Source: an uncultured Planctomycetales bacterium
GTDB taxonomy: Bacteria; Planctomycetota; UBA1135
DNA: 64,000 nt
Reading direction: 5' to 3'
Assembly (NCBI GenBank): GCA_964637165.1
Contig: CAZWVI010000002.1
Coordinates: 119,470-183,469 of the forward strand
Shown piece after piece: positions 19,355 through 28,423 of this stretch. The notes below the pieces were generated by a model, which did not search any database, was not told where the DNA came from, and was given only the letters and a program-made list of their open reading frames with translations. Numbering within the stretch: the stretch's first letter is position 1; each line of letters opens with the position of its first letter. The position numbers and the translations under genes were made by a program.

Positions 19355-20466
19355 AACCGCTCACTAGATTCATGCATCACCAAGCTACTATTGGTGTGCG
19401 GTAGCAAACGGGAGTAACCTTCGCTCTCTAGCCATTCATGAATTACAGAAAGTGGCACCGCTAAGCCCATGTGGGTTACGACTTGTGGACGGAAACTTCC
19501 GTGAGTATAAATTTTGGCAAAGATGCCGACCAACTCATGGGTCTCCTCGAGGAAAACGCCGCCGCCGGAATTGCCGAAGTAGGCAGGGCTTGAAATCATC
19601 CACAACTCTTGTCCACCGACTTCCCAGTCGGTGCGAGTAACTTCGCCACGGGTTGCTTGTGCAGCGGTGCCTAGCGGACAACCAACTGTGTATATAGGGG
19701 AGAAGGATTCCACTTCTTGATCCCTCTCAAATGGCGCTAAACGGGCGATTGGGCCAAGTTCGATTTCTGTTTCAATAATCATCAACGCCAAATCAGTTGG
19801 TATGTCCTCGCAAACCATTTTGGCTTCTAAGCGCAACTCTTCCCCATTCACTTCTAGAAAGGAATCAATTACTTCATTATGCATGTCGTCAACCCCAGTT
19901 CTCTCTGACAAGATGTCTCGAACTACGTGGTATGAAGTCAAGGCGTAGTAACGGTTACTGTTTGTGTCACTTTCCCTGAAGAACAAAACGGCTGAACCTA
20001 CGGCATCAGCACCTGCAAGTTGTAGAACTGGGTGCAAAATATCTTGGCGCAATTCAGCTCTAGCGAGACGAGGGTCGCACAGCTGTCGATCCTTTGCTGC
20101 TGCGGCGTTCCTGGCCTGTAATTCGCCACGCAGCAATTGCAAAGTGCGGCGCATTTCAGATTGCGATTCCCAAGCATCGGCAAGCTCGCTTTGCATGTTT
20201 TCAACATCGCAATAACTCCCAAGTAGCAAGCCTTCTTGGTTTGAGAAGTCTTGCTCAAGCCTGCCGAGATTGCCACTTAATTGGGCAACTTCTGCGCGTA
20301 ATGCAGCTATTCTCTGGTCATTATCCCCAGTATTTTCGCGCAGTGCGCTTAAATCAGGGAGCAGGAGTCCGCTCAAGCCTGCAATGGGCAAAAGAGCCAA
20401 AGTCAATACTCCTAGCTTAGAGAAGCCAGCAGTTTTTTGGGTGTTTCTAGGAAGACGCAATTTCAT
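19351..20466 (-). CDS. Membrane-anchored trypsin-like (S1) serine protease with a coiled-coil stalk, no PDZ
   Basis: N-terminal TM and coiled coil; triad in ALTSYHVV (H), PTDLAL (D) and GNSGGG (S). Confidence 0.85.
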   Translation of the reverse strand: MKLRLPRNTQKTAGFSKLGVLTLALLPIAGLSGLLLPDLSALRENTGDNDQRIAALRAEVAQLSGNLGRLEQDFSNQEGLLLGSYCDVENMQSELADAWESQSEMRRTLQLLRGELQARNAAAAKDRQLCDPRLARAELRQDILHPVLQLAGADAVGSAVLFFRESDTNSNRYYALTSYHVVRDILSERTGVDDMHNEVIDSFLEVNGEELRLEAKMVCEDIPTDLALMIIETEIELGPIARLAPFERDQEVESFSPIYTVGCPLGTAAQATRGEVTRTDWEVGGQELWMISSPAYFGNSGGGVFLEETHELVGIFAKIYTHGSFRPQVVTHMGLAVPLSVIHEWLESEGYSRLLPHTNSSLVMHESSERF

Positions 20467-20528
20467 TACGCCTTTCTATCGGACAAAGCGACTTCCTAGG
20501 TTGAGGGAAAAAATTGGAAATACCGACT

Positions 20529-20537
20529 TGCTACAAT
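20529..20537 (+). promoter_or_regulatory. Candidate extended -10 promoter (TGcTACAAT) for ribBA
   Basis: TG-n-TACAAT ends 36 nt upstream of the ribBA start; no convincing -35. Confidence 0.45.
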
Positions 20538-20573
20538 AAACGGCAATAGGAGGGCAGAATCCTCTTTCAAAAA

Positions 20574-21815
20574 ATGATGTACGCCTCTGTTGAAGAAGCC
20601 ATTGAAGACATTCGCCAAGGGCGTATGTTAATCCTAGTTGATGACCCTCGTCGTGAAAATGAGGGCGATGTGGTGATGGCGGGCAGTGCTGTTACCCCCG
20701 AAGCTATTAACTTCATGCGCAAGAAGGGTGGCGGTTTGATTTGCCTAGCAATGGAGGGCGAGATTTGCGACCAACTCGGTCTGCGGCCGCAAGTGGCGAA
20801 TAACACTTCGTCTATGGGCACTGCATTCCTTGAGTCAATCGAGGCTCGTAGTGGCGTAACCACGGGTATTTCGGCTGGCGACCGCGCGCGCACAATTCAG
20901 GTCGCTTGCGACCCCAATGCCAAGCCGGAAGATCTTGCGCGGCCAGGGCACATGTTTCCGCTACGCGCTCGTGATGGTGGGGTTCTAGTACGCCCCGGTC
21001 AAACCGAAGGCTCAGTCGATTTGGCAAAGCTTGCCGGCCTTCGCGGCACTGGAGTTATCTGTGAAATCATGAACGATGACGGTTCGATGGCACGCATGCC
21101 TGAACTAGAGGTTTTCGCTCAGAAGCACGATTTAAAAATCCTCACCGTTGAAGACTTAATTGAGTATCGCCGCCGCCGCGAAAAGTTAATAAAACGTCAA
21201 GTTGATGACGTGCGCCTGCCTACGCCGCATGGCGATTTTTATGTGCATCTTTATGAATCGCAAACCGATGGTAAAGAGCACGTTGCCCTGACGTATAACT
21301 GGCCGCACGCGCCGGAAGATGCCAAGGAGAAATTCCTTAAACAGGATGAAGCTGTAACCGTGCGAGTGCACTCTGAATGTCTGACTGGAGATCTGCTCGG
21401 TTCCTTGCGTTGCGATTGTGGGCCACAACTTCACGCTGCCATGGAGGCCGTTGCCAAAGCCGGCAAGGGAGTGGTGCTATATGTTCGCCAGGAAGGACGT
21501 GGTATCGGATTGGCAAATAAATTGAGGGCCTACAAATTGCAGGACGAGGGGCAGGACACGGTAGAAGCAAATGAACACCTTGGCTTCCCGCCTGATATGC
21601 GCGAATACGGAATTGGTGCACAGGTCCTAAATGACTTAGGCGTTCGGCAAATGCGTCTATTGACCAATAACCCTAAAAAATTAAGCGGATTGCGTGGCTA
21701 CGGTTTAGAAATTACCGAGCAAATCCCATTAGCTACTGACCCTCAGGAACATAACCTTCGCTACTTGCAGGCTAAACGTGACAAATTGGGACACATTTTG
21801 CCGCATGTGGAGTAG
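20574..21815 (+). CDS. ribBA: Bifunctional DHBP synthase/GTP cyclohydrolase II
   Basis: DDPRRENEGD, RPGHMFPL, GQTEGSVDL, RVHSECLTGD..GSLRCDCG, QEGRGIGL, TNNP.K. Confidence 0.97.
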   Translation: MMYASVEEAIEDIRQGRMLILVDDPRRENEGDVVMAGSAVTPEAINFMRKKGGGLICLAMEGEICDQLGLRPQVANNTSSMGTAFLESIEARSGVTTGISAGDRARTIQVACDPNAKPEDLARPGHMFPLRARDGGVLVRPGQTEGSVDLAKLAGLRGTGVICEIMNDDGSMARMPELEVFAQKHDLKILTVEDLIEYRRRREKLIKRQVDDVRLPTPHGDFYVHLYESQTDGKEHVALTYNWPHAPEDAKEKFLKQDEAVTVRVHSECLTGDLLGSLRCDCGPQLHAAMEAVAKAGKGVVLYVRQEGRGIGLANKLRAYKLQDEGQDTVEANEHLGFPPDMREYGIGAQVLNDLGVRQMRLLTNNPKKLSGLRGYGLEITEQIPLATDPQEHNLRYLQAKRDKLGHILPHVE

Positions 21816-21856
21816 GATTTAGGGAAGATTCATCTCTCGGCTCGCGTCCAAACGGC

Positions 21857-22468
21857 GTGCAGCCCGCAATCGCCATGACTCAAGCCGAAAACAGTTCTCG
21901 CCAATCGAAATCAGTCCTTTCAGGTTCTGAGTGGCGTCAGCCAGGCAAATTGGAGCAATTGTTTACTGAATTTGCTCCCAAGGTTTACGGGTTGGCTATT
22001 CGCTGTGGCTTGGACCATTCCGAAGCTGAGGATGGGGTTCAGGAAGTGTTTTTGAAGGTGCAGCGGCGCATTGACACCTTTCGTGGCGAGGCCAAGCTGT
22101 CCACCTGGCTTTATCAAGTAGCTTTAAATACGCTGCTTGATCACCGCCGCAAGGTCGTGCGGCAAACACGTCACTCTTCCCTGCAGGTGGTTACCGATGA
22201 CCGCGGCGAAGTAAACGCTGGCAAGTCTTCGGATCGTGGCCCCAGTGAATCTGCATCCGCTGAAGAGAGCAAGCAACTTGTTCGTGCCTGTTTAGATAAA
22301 TTGCCACCCAAGTTCCGCGAGGTATTAATTCTGCGCGAGCTGGAGGGGCTGTCTTATCGCGATATTGCGCGCATAGTTGGAGTTGCCCAGGGCACCATCG
22401 AATCGCGCATATTTCGTGCGCGCACTCGTTTGGCCAATGAATTGAAGAAAATGGAGGAGGCTCTGTGA
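21857..22468 (+). CDS. ECF-type RNA polymerase sigma factor
   Basis: AEDGVQEVF...FRGEAKLSTWLYQVALN (region 2); LRELEGLSYRDIA...GTIESRIFRAR (region 4). Alternative start ATG 21875. Confidence 0.93.
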   Translation: MQPAIAMTQAENSSRQSKSVLSGSEWRQPGKLEQLFTEFAPKVYGLAIRCGLDHSEAEDGVQEVFLKVQRRIDTFRGEAKLSTWLYQVALNTLLDHRRKVVRQTRHSSLQVVTDDRGEVNAGKSSDRGPSESASAEESKQLVRACLDKLPPKFREVLILRELEGLSYRDIARIVGVAQGTIESRIFRARTRLANELKKMEEAL

Positions 22469-22899
22469 TGGAAGCATGTTCTAAATGGGGATCACGGGTG
22501 AGCGCTTGGTTTGATGGCGAAGCCTCTGAAATGGAATCAAAAGAGATTCGCGCCCATTTGCGCGATTGCGCTGGTTGCCGGGCCGCGGTTTCCAATTGGG
22601 GAAGTCAGCGAGATCTGTTTGCTGAACTTCAGCCTGAAGCAGTTTCGGGTGAAGGCTTGGAACGCATGACCCGCCGCTTCGAGTCTGGCCTCGCCGCCGA
22701 AGTACATGGCATGTCCACTGCTCTACGAGTTTGGACCACCGCCGCCGCGATTTTGGTACTGGTCTTAGCCGGTAGCTTCGTCGCTGAAAGAGTATTCGTC
22801 CCTGGTGAAGCGATGGCGGCCACTCCGCGAGATATTGATAAGGCGGTTGAACAGATTTTGGAACGCCCGCTTAGTGTTCGACCTGCGAATTCCCAATGA
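22465..22899 (+). CDS. zf-HC2 (ZAS) transmembrane anti-sigma factor
   Basis: AWFDGE...HLRDCAGC motif and one TM helix; 4-nt overlap with the sigma gene. Confidence 0.88.
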   Translation: MMEACSKWGSRVSAWFDGEASEMESKEIRAHLRDCAGCRAAVSNWGSQRDLFAELQPEAVSGEGLERMTRRFESGLAAEVHGMSTALRVWTTAAAILVLVLAGSFVAERVFVPGEAMAATPRDIDKAVEQILERPLSVRPANSQ

Positions 22900-23243
22900 G
22901 TCAATTGTCGCGGTTCGTGTTGCCGGTTCTTTTAACTTTTGTCGCCGGATTGTTGGTCGGTTTGATGCTGGCTCCCCAGCACAATTCACCGCGCAGCGGC
23001 GCCTTAGATTCAGATTTAGTCGCGTGGGAAGAAGCGATGGCAAAGTCGCGAAATTTGACCGCTGAGCAACGTACCGACATGCGGGTTTTATTGGCTTATT
23101 ATCAACGTCAACGCGAAAAGCTGTTCGATGCACAAAGATCCGCAATTGAACCTCAGTTGAGCGAGCTCGACTACCGCTTCGAAAGCTTAATCCAAGAGCG
23201 AATATTGGGCGGAAGATTTCTTTCCGAGGGCTCACCTCGCTAA
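22896..23243 (+). CDS. Membrane-anchored periplasmic helical protein, Spy/CpxP/heavy-metal-sensor-like
   Basis: N-terminal TM, an LTAEQ motif and a helical charged body; usual third gene of ECF/anti-sigma modules. Confidence 0.55.
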   Translation: MSQLSRFVLPVLLTFVAGLLVGLMLAPQHNSPRSGALDSDLVAWEEAMAKSRNLTAEQRTDMRVLLAYYQRQREKLFDAQRSAIEPQLSELDYRFESLIQERILGGRFLSEGSPR

Positions 23244-23257
23244 TCTGATAGGCGACG

Positions 23258-25036
23258 ATGGCACGTACCCTCGGCATACACCTGCGGCCTGACGGCTGGT
23301 CCTACGCTCTACTTGACGGTAGTGCGCGTAAATGGTCGGTTAAAAAGCACGCACAAGGCGGGCTCGACGTATCTTCAGCTGACCCTACTAGCGCCTTAGC
23401 CACAGCACTAAGTCGTGGCCTCAAGGGTGTGGGCAAAGTTGAAAAAGTGATTATGGCTTTGCCCTCGGTGGATACCGTTTTACGCGAATTATCTCTGCCA
23501 TTTAATGATCGTGAAAAAATCCATCAAGTTCTTAAGTTCGAAGTTGAATCAGAGCTTTACCACCTCGATGTAGATGATGTTGTTTGCGATTACTTAGAGT
23601 TGGCAGATGACCGCGCAACCGCTAGCTTGATGGTGGCGGCGGTTCCCAAAACACAAATTGCAACGTCTTTGGCGGTTGCTGAAAAAGCTGGCCGTGACCC
23701 TGAATTGCTAGAGCTTGATTTGGGTGCCTTGGCAACAGCGATTAGCACCCACCCATTGCCGGCCAGCGAAGAGGCTGAAGTTCACGCATATTTATTAGTC
23801 GGTTCTTTCGCTAGCATGTTAATCGTGCGAAGTGCTGATGGGATAAAGGCGGCGCGTACCATTCACTTGGGGTGGCGTGAGTTGGCTCGTGGCCTTGAAG
23901 ATGGCGAGGTCGCTCCTGTTGAAGTCGATTCTGAAAATTCCGAGGCTGCCCAAGAAAGTGCCAGTGAAGAATCCGAAGAGGCCGCGCCCTTATTGTTTGG
24001 TGCCGACCTTGCCCTGCCACTTCACATTGATTTTGAAACAATAATTGCGGAGGCATCTCCCGAAAGGCTTGCCACATTCCAACGCAAACTTTGTGGAGAA
24101 GTGCGCCGAGGCTTGGCTGCCGTTAGTGGTGTGAGTATTGCGCAATTACACTTGCTTGGCACACCAATTCCGGGCTTAGATCAAAGTTTGGCCACCAAGT
24201 TGGGTGTTATTGCAACGCCACTTCCACTTGGCGTAGTCGCCGACGACGCAATTGACTTGACGCAAATTCCAGATGTGATTGCATTAGGCGCGGCCTTGCG
24301 CGGCCTTGGTTTGAAACCGTCCTTAATGGATTTTCGTCAGGAAGAGTTTCGTCAAGCTAGCAGCCTCGAAAAAGTTGAAGGAGCCTTAACGTTGATGTTG
24401 GTCGGTTTAATCGCATTCTTCTTGGTTGATGGGGTCGTGCTGTTGCAAAAGAAGCGCACCTTAATGCAGGACACCGATTTGCTTTTTGAAAGGTCAGCAC
24501 AATATGTTGACCGCTTAAACGAAGAGCTGCCTGAAGATCCGCCAGATGGATGGCGGGTGAAAACATCATTTGCTGGGTTGGAAATTTCCGACTTGCAGCG
24601 GGTCCAATCATTGAAGGGCAGAGTAAATAAGGCCAAGGTTAAGCTCGACGAAATGGTCGGCGCTGCCGGTGTGCAATTGCCTAATTCATGCTTGAATGCT
24701 TGGCGACTGGTTAGCGATGTGCTGGCTGAAGAGCTTGCCAACTACAATGGTCGCTGGATGTTGGAATCATTGGAATTGAATTCAATTGAGGGGCGTAAGA
24801 ACCGCTATCCAAGCCATGTCGAGGCTTCGATTGAATTAACCATTCACGGAGATAATCAAGCCGACTTGCGCGCCTTTGAGCAATTGCAAGGGGCCTTCAA
24901 TCGTCATGATTGGCTTATTGATAAAGCCGAAGCTCCGAAGGGGTTTCAAAACGACAATGAATCGGTCCCAAGTGCCCGCACTGGAATTATTAAAGTTAAA
25001 ATCGACACTGAAAAAGCTCGGGGTAGTGACGCATGA
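23258..25036 (+). CDS. PilM/GspL-like actin-fold protein with TM and periplasmic (PilN-like) C-terminus
   Basis: TLGIHLRP..., LRELSLPF..REKIHQVLKFEVE, VMVAAVPK, DPELLELD, GAALRG...MDFRQEEF, then a TM segment. Confidence 0.7.
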   Translation: MARTLGIHLRPDGWSYALLDGSARKWSVKKHAQGGLDVSSADPTSALATALSRGLKGVGKVEKVIMALPSVDTVLRELSLPFNDREKIHQVLKFEVESELYHLDVDDVVCDYLELADDRATASLMVAAVPKTQIATSLAVAEKAGRDPELLELDLGALATAISTHPLPASEEAEVHAYLLVGSFASMLIVRSADGIKAARTIHLGWRELARGLEDGEVAPVEVDSENSEAAQESASEESEEAAPLLFGADLALPLHIDFETIIAEASPERLATFQRKLCGEVRRGLAAVSGVSIAQLHLLGTPIPGLDQSLATKLGVIATPLPLGVVADDAIDLTQIPDVIALGAALRGLGLKPSLMDFRQEEFRQASSLEKVEGALTLMLVGLIAFFLVDGVVLLQKKRTLMQDTDLLFERSAQYVDRLNEELPEDPPDGWRVKTSFAGLEISDLQRVQSLKGRVNKAKVKLDEMVGAAGVQLPNSCLNAWRLVSDVLAEELANYNGRWMLESLELNSIEGRKNRYPSHVEASIELTIHGDNQADLRAFEQLQGAFNRHDWLIDKAEAPKGFQNDNESVPSARTGIIKVKIDTEKARGSDA

Positions 25037-25572
25037 GTAATAAATCTACCTTGATTCTTTTGGTTGTTTTAACCGTTCTAGCTGGCGGCTTCCGTTGGTT
25101 TATGCAAACTCAGCATGGCGAGTATGAAAGTGGTCTTTCACGACATAAGAAAACGTATACCGAAATCCGTGGCATGGTCGATGATTTACGCGACCGCCGC
25201 AAGCAAGTGATTTTGGGCGATGCTCAAGAGTTCATTCTTGGTTACTTAAACGAGCAGGCTGGCCGAGTGCATATTGGTCAAATTAATGCTCCAGAGAAGA
25301 AAAGCCCAAAGACCAATTACACTGACCATAACTTTGTAGTTGAATTTGAAAAGGGCAAGGAGGCGATGTCGCGCCAAGCGCTAGCTGGATTTATGTTTAA
25401 TGTGGAGTCACAAAAACGCGCCATGCGTTTACGTACTACTGGTTTGAAGATTCGCCCTGATACTGGCGATCGACGTATGTCCAAGGGGGTGCCCAAAGGT
25501 GCCGATCGCGCAGATATTTGGCGCGTGGACAACTTGGCATTCACCCGCCGCCTGCCGCGGGAAAAGGATTAA
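25033..25572 (+). CDS. GspM/PilO-like bitopic membrane protein
   Basis: N-terminal TM, coiled coil and small alpha/beta domain; coupled to the GspL-like gene. The call rests largely on context. Confidence 0.5.
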   Translation: MSNKSTLILLVVLTVLAGGFRWFMQTQHGEYESGLSRHKKTYTEIRGMVDDLRDRRKQVILGDAQEFILGYLNEQAGRVHIGQINAPEKKSPKTNYTDHNFVVEFEKGKEAMSRQALAGFMFNVESQKRAMRLRTTGLKIRPDTGDRRMSKGVPKGADRADIWRVDNLAFTRRLPREKD

Positions 25573-26607
25573 CTACATAAACCGGCGAATAAAGGAAAGA
25601 GCGCCTTCCTTCCAGGGAACGCGGTGTCCGGTGCCAGACTGTCTCATTTGGTGTCGGTTGGCGAGATACCACTCGTAGGTTCGAATTAGCGTGTCCGCGT
25701 TGGAGTATTTAGGGTTCCACCCTAGCTTGTTTATGGCATCGCAATTTACCCAGGAGTCTTGATTGGCGGTGCCCCAGACCCATTTATAAAGTGGCGAAAG
25801 ATGAAAGAACTCCAAAACAGCGAGACATGACTTAGCGAAGATTGCAGGGGTCGCCAAAACGGCACTACCTGAATTGGCATGTGCGAATAAAGTGTTTAGG
25901 TCTTCCTTTACGCTTGAGAATTTCGGCGCACCCACATTGAATGCGGTATTGCACAGTTGTTCAGGTGCGGTGGCCAATAAAACTACCGCACTTGCAGCGT
26001 CGGAAACATCTAAAAGTTGATAGCGATTTTTGCCATTACCAATTACTGGAATGCGTCGCCCTTCGCGTACCCAATCGAAGAGTATTTGGAATACACCTAA
26101 GCGTTCCGGCCCAATAAAAGTTTTTGGTCGTAAGACTGGAACGCATAATCCTGCAACTCTAGCTTGTTCACATAATTTCTCGGCAGCGACTTTGCTTTCG
26201 CCATAAGGTCCAACCCCGTGAAGTTTGTCAGATTCAATAAGTGGGTGGTGGTCGGGGATTCCATAAACAGCAGTAGATGAAATATGTACCACTCGCGGCA
26301 CCTTACATTCCTTGGCGACATCTAATACTGCTTGAGTGCCGTTTAGATTTACCGAGCGAATTTCTTCAGCTTTCCAAAGAGGCAGAGCTGCGGCAGAATG
26401 GACGACTACATCCGCATCTTCGAAAGCAATTTTTAATAATTCACGGTCGCGGACATCTCCTTGAATGCATTGCGTGGTGATTGCAGTCGGTGGGATTTCT
26501 GTTTCCTGAATAGGCTCTAAATCAAATAACACTAAGTCCACTGCACCAAAAGCGCGCGCAATGTGAAAGCCGAAGAATCCGGCTCCACCGGTGATGACTA
26601 CTTTCAT
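25573..26607 (-). CDS. NAD-dependent epimerase/dehydratase (extended SDR)
   Basis: TGGAGFFG, HISSTAVYG, YGESK (YxxxK). Confidence 0.88.
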   Translation of the reverse strand: MKVVITGGAGFFGFHIARAFGAVDLVLFDLEPIQETEIPPTAITTQCIQGDVRDRELLKIAFEDADVVVHSAAALPLWKAEEIRSVNLNGTQAVLDVAKECKVPRVVHISSTAVYGIPDHHPLIESDKLHGVGPYGESKVAAEKLCEQARVAGLCVPVLRPKTFIGPERLGVFQILFDWVREGRRIPVIGNGKNRYQLLDVSDAASAVVLLATAPEQLCNTAFNVGAPKFSSVKEDLNTLFAHANSGSAVLATPAIFAKSCLAVLEFFHLSPLYKWVWGTANQDSWVNCDAINKLGWNPKYSNADTLIRTYEWYLANRHQMRQSGTGHRVPWKEGALSFIRRFM

Positions 26608-26620
26608 TACAAGATTATGT

Positions 26621-27520
26621 TTAACCTAAGTAAACCACTTTAGCGACCACGCCTAAGTAACCTAACAATGTGATTAACAATGGAATGTCAGTTAGTAACA
26701 CTCGGTTGGGGTTTTGTCCTAAATCTTGGCGGTAAACTAAGTGCAAATACCGCAGCATTCCATAAAGCACAAATGGAAGCGTCCAAACCATGCCAGGTTG
26801 GCCTGCACGCGAGTCCAAGGCGACTTCGAGTTGCAAGAGTGTGCTTGGAAGTAAGGTGTAAAGCGCGTAGGTCACCACTGTGGATGAAGCAACAACTGCG
26901 ATCATTAAGTCGAGTCCTGGGCCCGCGTATTTTTCTAACAAGGGTCGCGTTTTGCTGTCCTCGCCTAAGGCAAGTAGCTCAGCTTTGCGTTTGCACAGCG
27001 CAAGGAACAAGGCAATTTCTACCGAGCAGGCGACAAGCCAAGGGGACAATGGAACTCCTATCGCCCAAACTCCAGCTAACACTCTTAATAGGAAACCCGT
27101 TGCAATGCAGAAAACATCTAGGATTACAACATGTTTAAGGCGCGCGCTATAGATGACCTGCAGAAGCAAGTAGCCGCCAATCGCTTTGGTTATCGGGGGC
27201 AAGTACTGAGATGAAATAAGGAACGCTGCAACAGCTAGGAGTAATGCGCAAACGACTGCCGCTTTAGGGCTGAGTGCTCCCGATGCAATCGCTCGCTGGC
27301 ATTTTATTGGGTGAACTTTGTCACGTTCTCGATCCAGTACATCGTTGATTAAATAAATCGCGGAAGCGGCGCAGCAGAAACAGAGAAAAGCAACTGCTGC
27401 GTTGGTTAATAAGTTAATGTTGGTGACCTCGCCGCTAAAGGCTAAACCAATAAACACAACCAAGTTCTTGGACCATTGGCGGGGACGTAGGGCTCGTAGC
27501 AGTGGAGGCATTGAATCCAT
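26621..27520 (-). CDS. UbiA-family prenyltransferase, decaprenyl-phosphate phosphoribosyltransferase-like
   Basis: LRPRQWSKNL, YLINDVLDRERDKVHP.KCQRAIASG, KRKAEL; multiple TMs. Confidence 0.85.
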   Translation of the reverse strand: MDSMPPLLRALRPRQWSKNLVVFIGLAFSGEVTNINLLTNAAVAFLCFCCAASAIYLINDVLDRERDKVHPIKCQRAIASGALSPKAAVVCALLLAVAAFLISSQYLPPITKAIGGYLLLQVIYSARLKHVVILDVFCIATGFLLRVLAGVWAIGVPLSPWLVACSVEIALFLALCKRKAELLALGEDSKTRPLLEKYAGPGLDLMIAVVASSTVVTYALYTLLPSTLLQLEVALDSRAGQPGMVWTLPFVLYGMLRYLHLVYRQDLGQNPNRVLLTDIPLLITLLGYLGVVAKVVYLG

Positions 27521-27529
27521 AATACTGAA

Positions 27530-28345
27530 TTAGGGCCGCGGCTTAACACCCATTAAGCCACGCCAGGCGCTGTAATAGCGAGTGGCAGCATTAAGTTTTG
27601 GTGGGGTGCGGAATATGTCAAGTTGCGGATCTTCAACCTGATCCAGTAGCAGGCGTGACCTGACAATCGCGGCTCGAAGTCCGCGTCGAAGCCTTGCCCC
27701 AAGATGATTCCTTAAAGTTAGGCCTTCGTTTAGTAGTTCATTTGCCCAACGTGCTTCAGTTGCTAAAAAACGATCGATAGCTGGAGTGCGCACACCTAAT
27801 TTCAATTCATCAAGAGTTAGACCAGCTTTTTTAAGGTCGGAAATTGGTAGCGGAAATTTATCATCTCTAATAAATTCAGGCAATTTGCATAAAACCCAAG
27901 TTAGTGCTAGCCCCATTCCAAACCTCTCGGCAGGAATAATCGCTTCGTCACTTCTTCGACCAGCAACGGATAAGAAACACTTGCCTGTAATCGATGCGCG
28001 CGGAAGTAGCCAGGCCATTAATTCGCCGCGGTTTTGTGGTTGGTTGGGCCACGGTTTATTTAGCAGTTGGGCTAGCTGCCGAATGTCGCAGTGGGGAATT
28101 TCGCCTCCGCGTACGCTACACCAACTTGCCAGCATTAGCGGTCCATCTGGCCGCCCAAGTAACATGTCATTAAGCGAATTGGTGAGTTGCTCTCCGCCCT
28201 TGGGTATAGCATCGAAGGCCAGGGCGAATAGTGGGTCCATTGCGCGCAGCACTGAATGTGGCATAAGGCGCGGGCCAGGATAAAAATCTCCCACGGCCTG
28301 TCGGGCTAGCCTGCCAGCAAAGCGTTGCGAGTGATTCAGGTTCAT
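27530..28345 (-). CDS. Squalene/phytoene synthase-fold protein with degenerate Asp-rich motifs
   Basis: FGMGLALTWVLCKLPEFIRDDKFPLPISDL aligns by eye to the family consensus G.A.QLTNILRD..ED...GR.YLP. The C-terminal DIFRTPPKL also fits. Confidence 0.65.
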   Translation of the reverse strand: MNLNHSQRFAGRLARQAVGDFYPGPRLMPHSVLRAMDPLFALAFDAIPKGGEQLTNSLNDMLLGRPDGPLMLASWCSVRGGEIPHCDIRQLAQLLNKPWPNQPQNRGELMAWLLPRASITGKCFLSVAGRRSDEAIIPAERFGMGLALTWVLCKLPEFIRDDKFPLPISDLKKAGLTLDELKLGVRTPAIDRFLATEARWANELLNEGLTLRNHLGARLRRGLRAAIVRSRLLLDQVEDPQLDIFRTPPKLNAATRYYSAWRGLMGVKPRP

Positions 28346-28400
28346 CTTTTGAAGGAGGCTTTGGATTAAACCCCCTCACAGGTTACAGTTTTGTTTATCG

Positions 28401-28415
28401 AGGGAGTAACTCCCT
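28401..28415. promoter_or_regulatory. Perfect short palindrome AGGGAG-TAA-CTCCCT over the putative RBS of the histidine kinase
   Basis: 6-bp inverted repeat in the 78-nt divergent intergenic gap; function inferred. Confidence 0.35.
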
Positions 28416-28423
28416 ACAGATAG

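Noticed and set aside
20467-20573. FMN riboswitch upstream of ribBA
   Set aside because: The gap is only 107 nt and divergent; the CCGAC and AGGGC-like words are in the wrong order for an RFN element.
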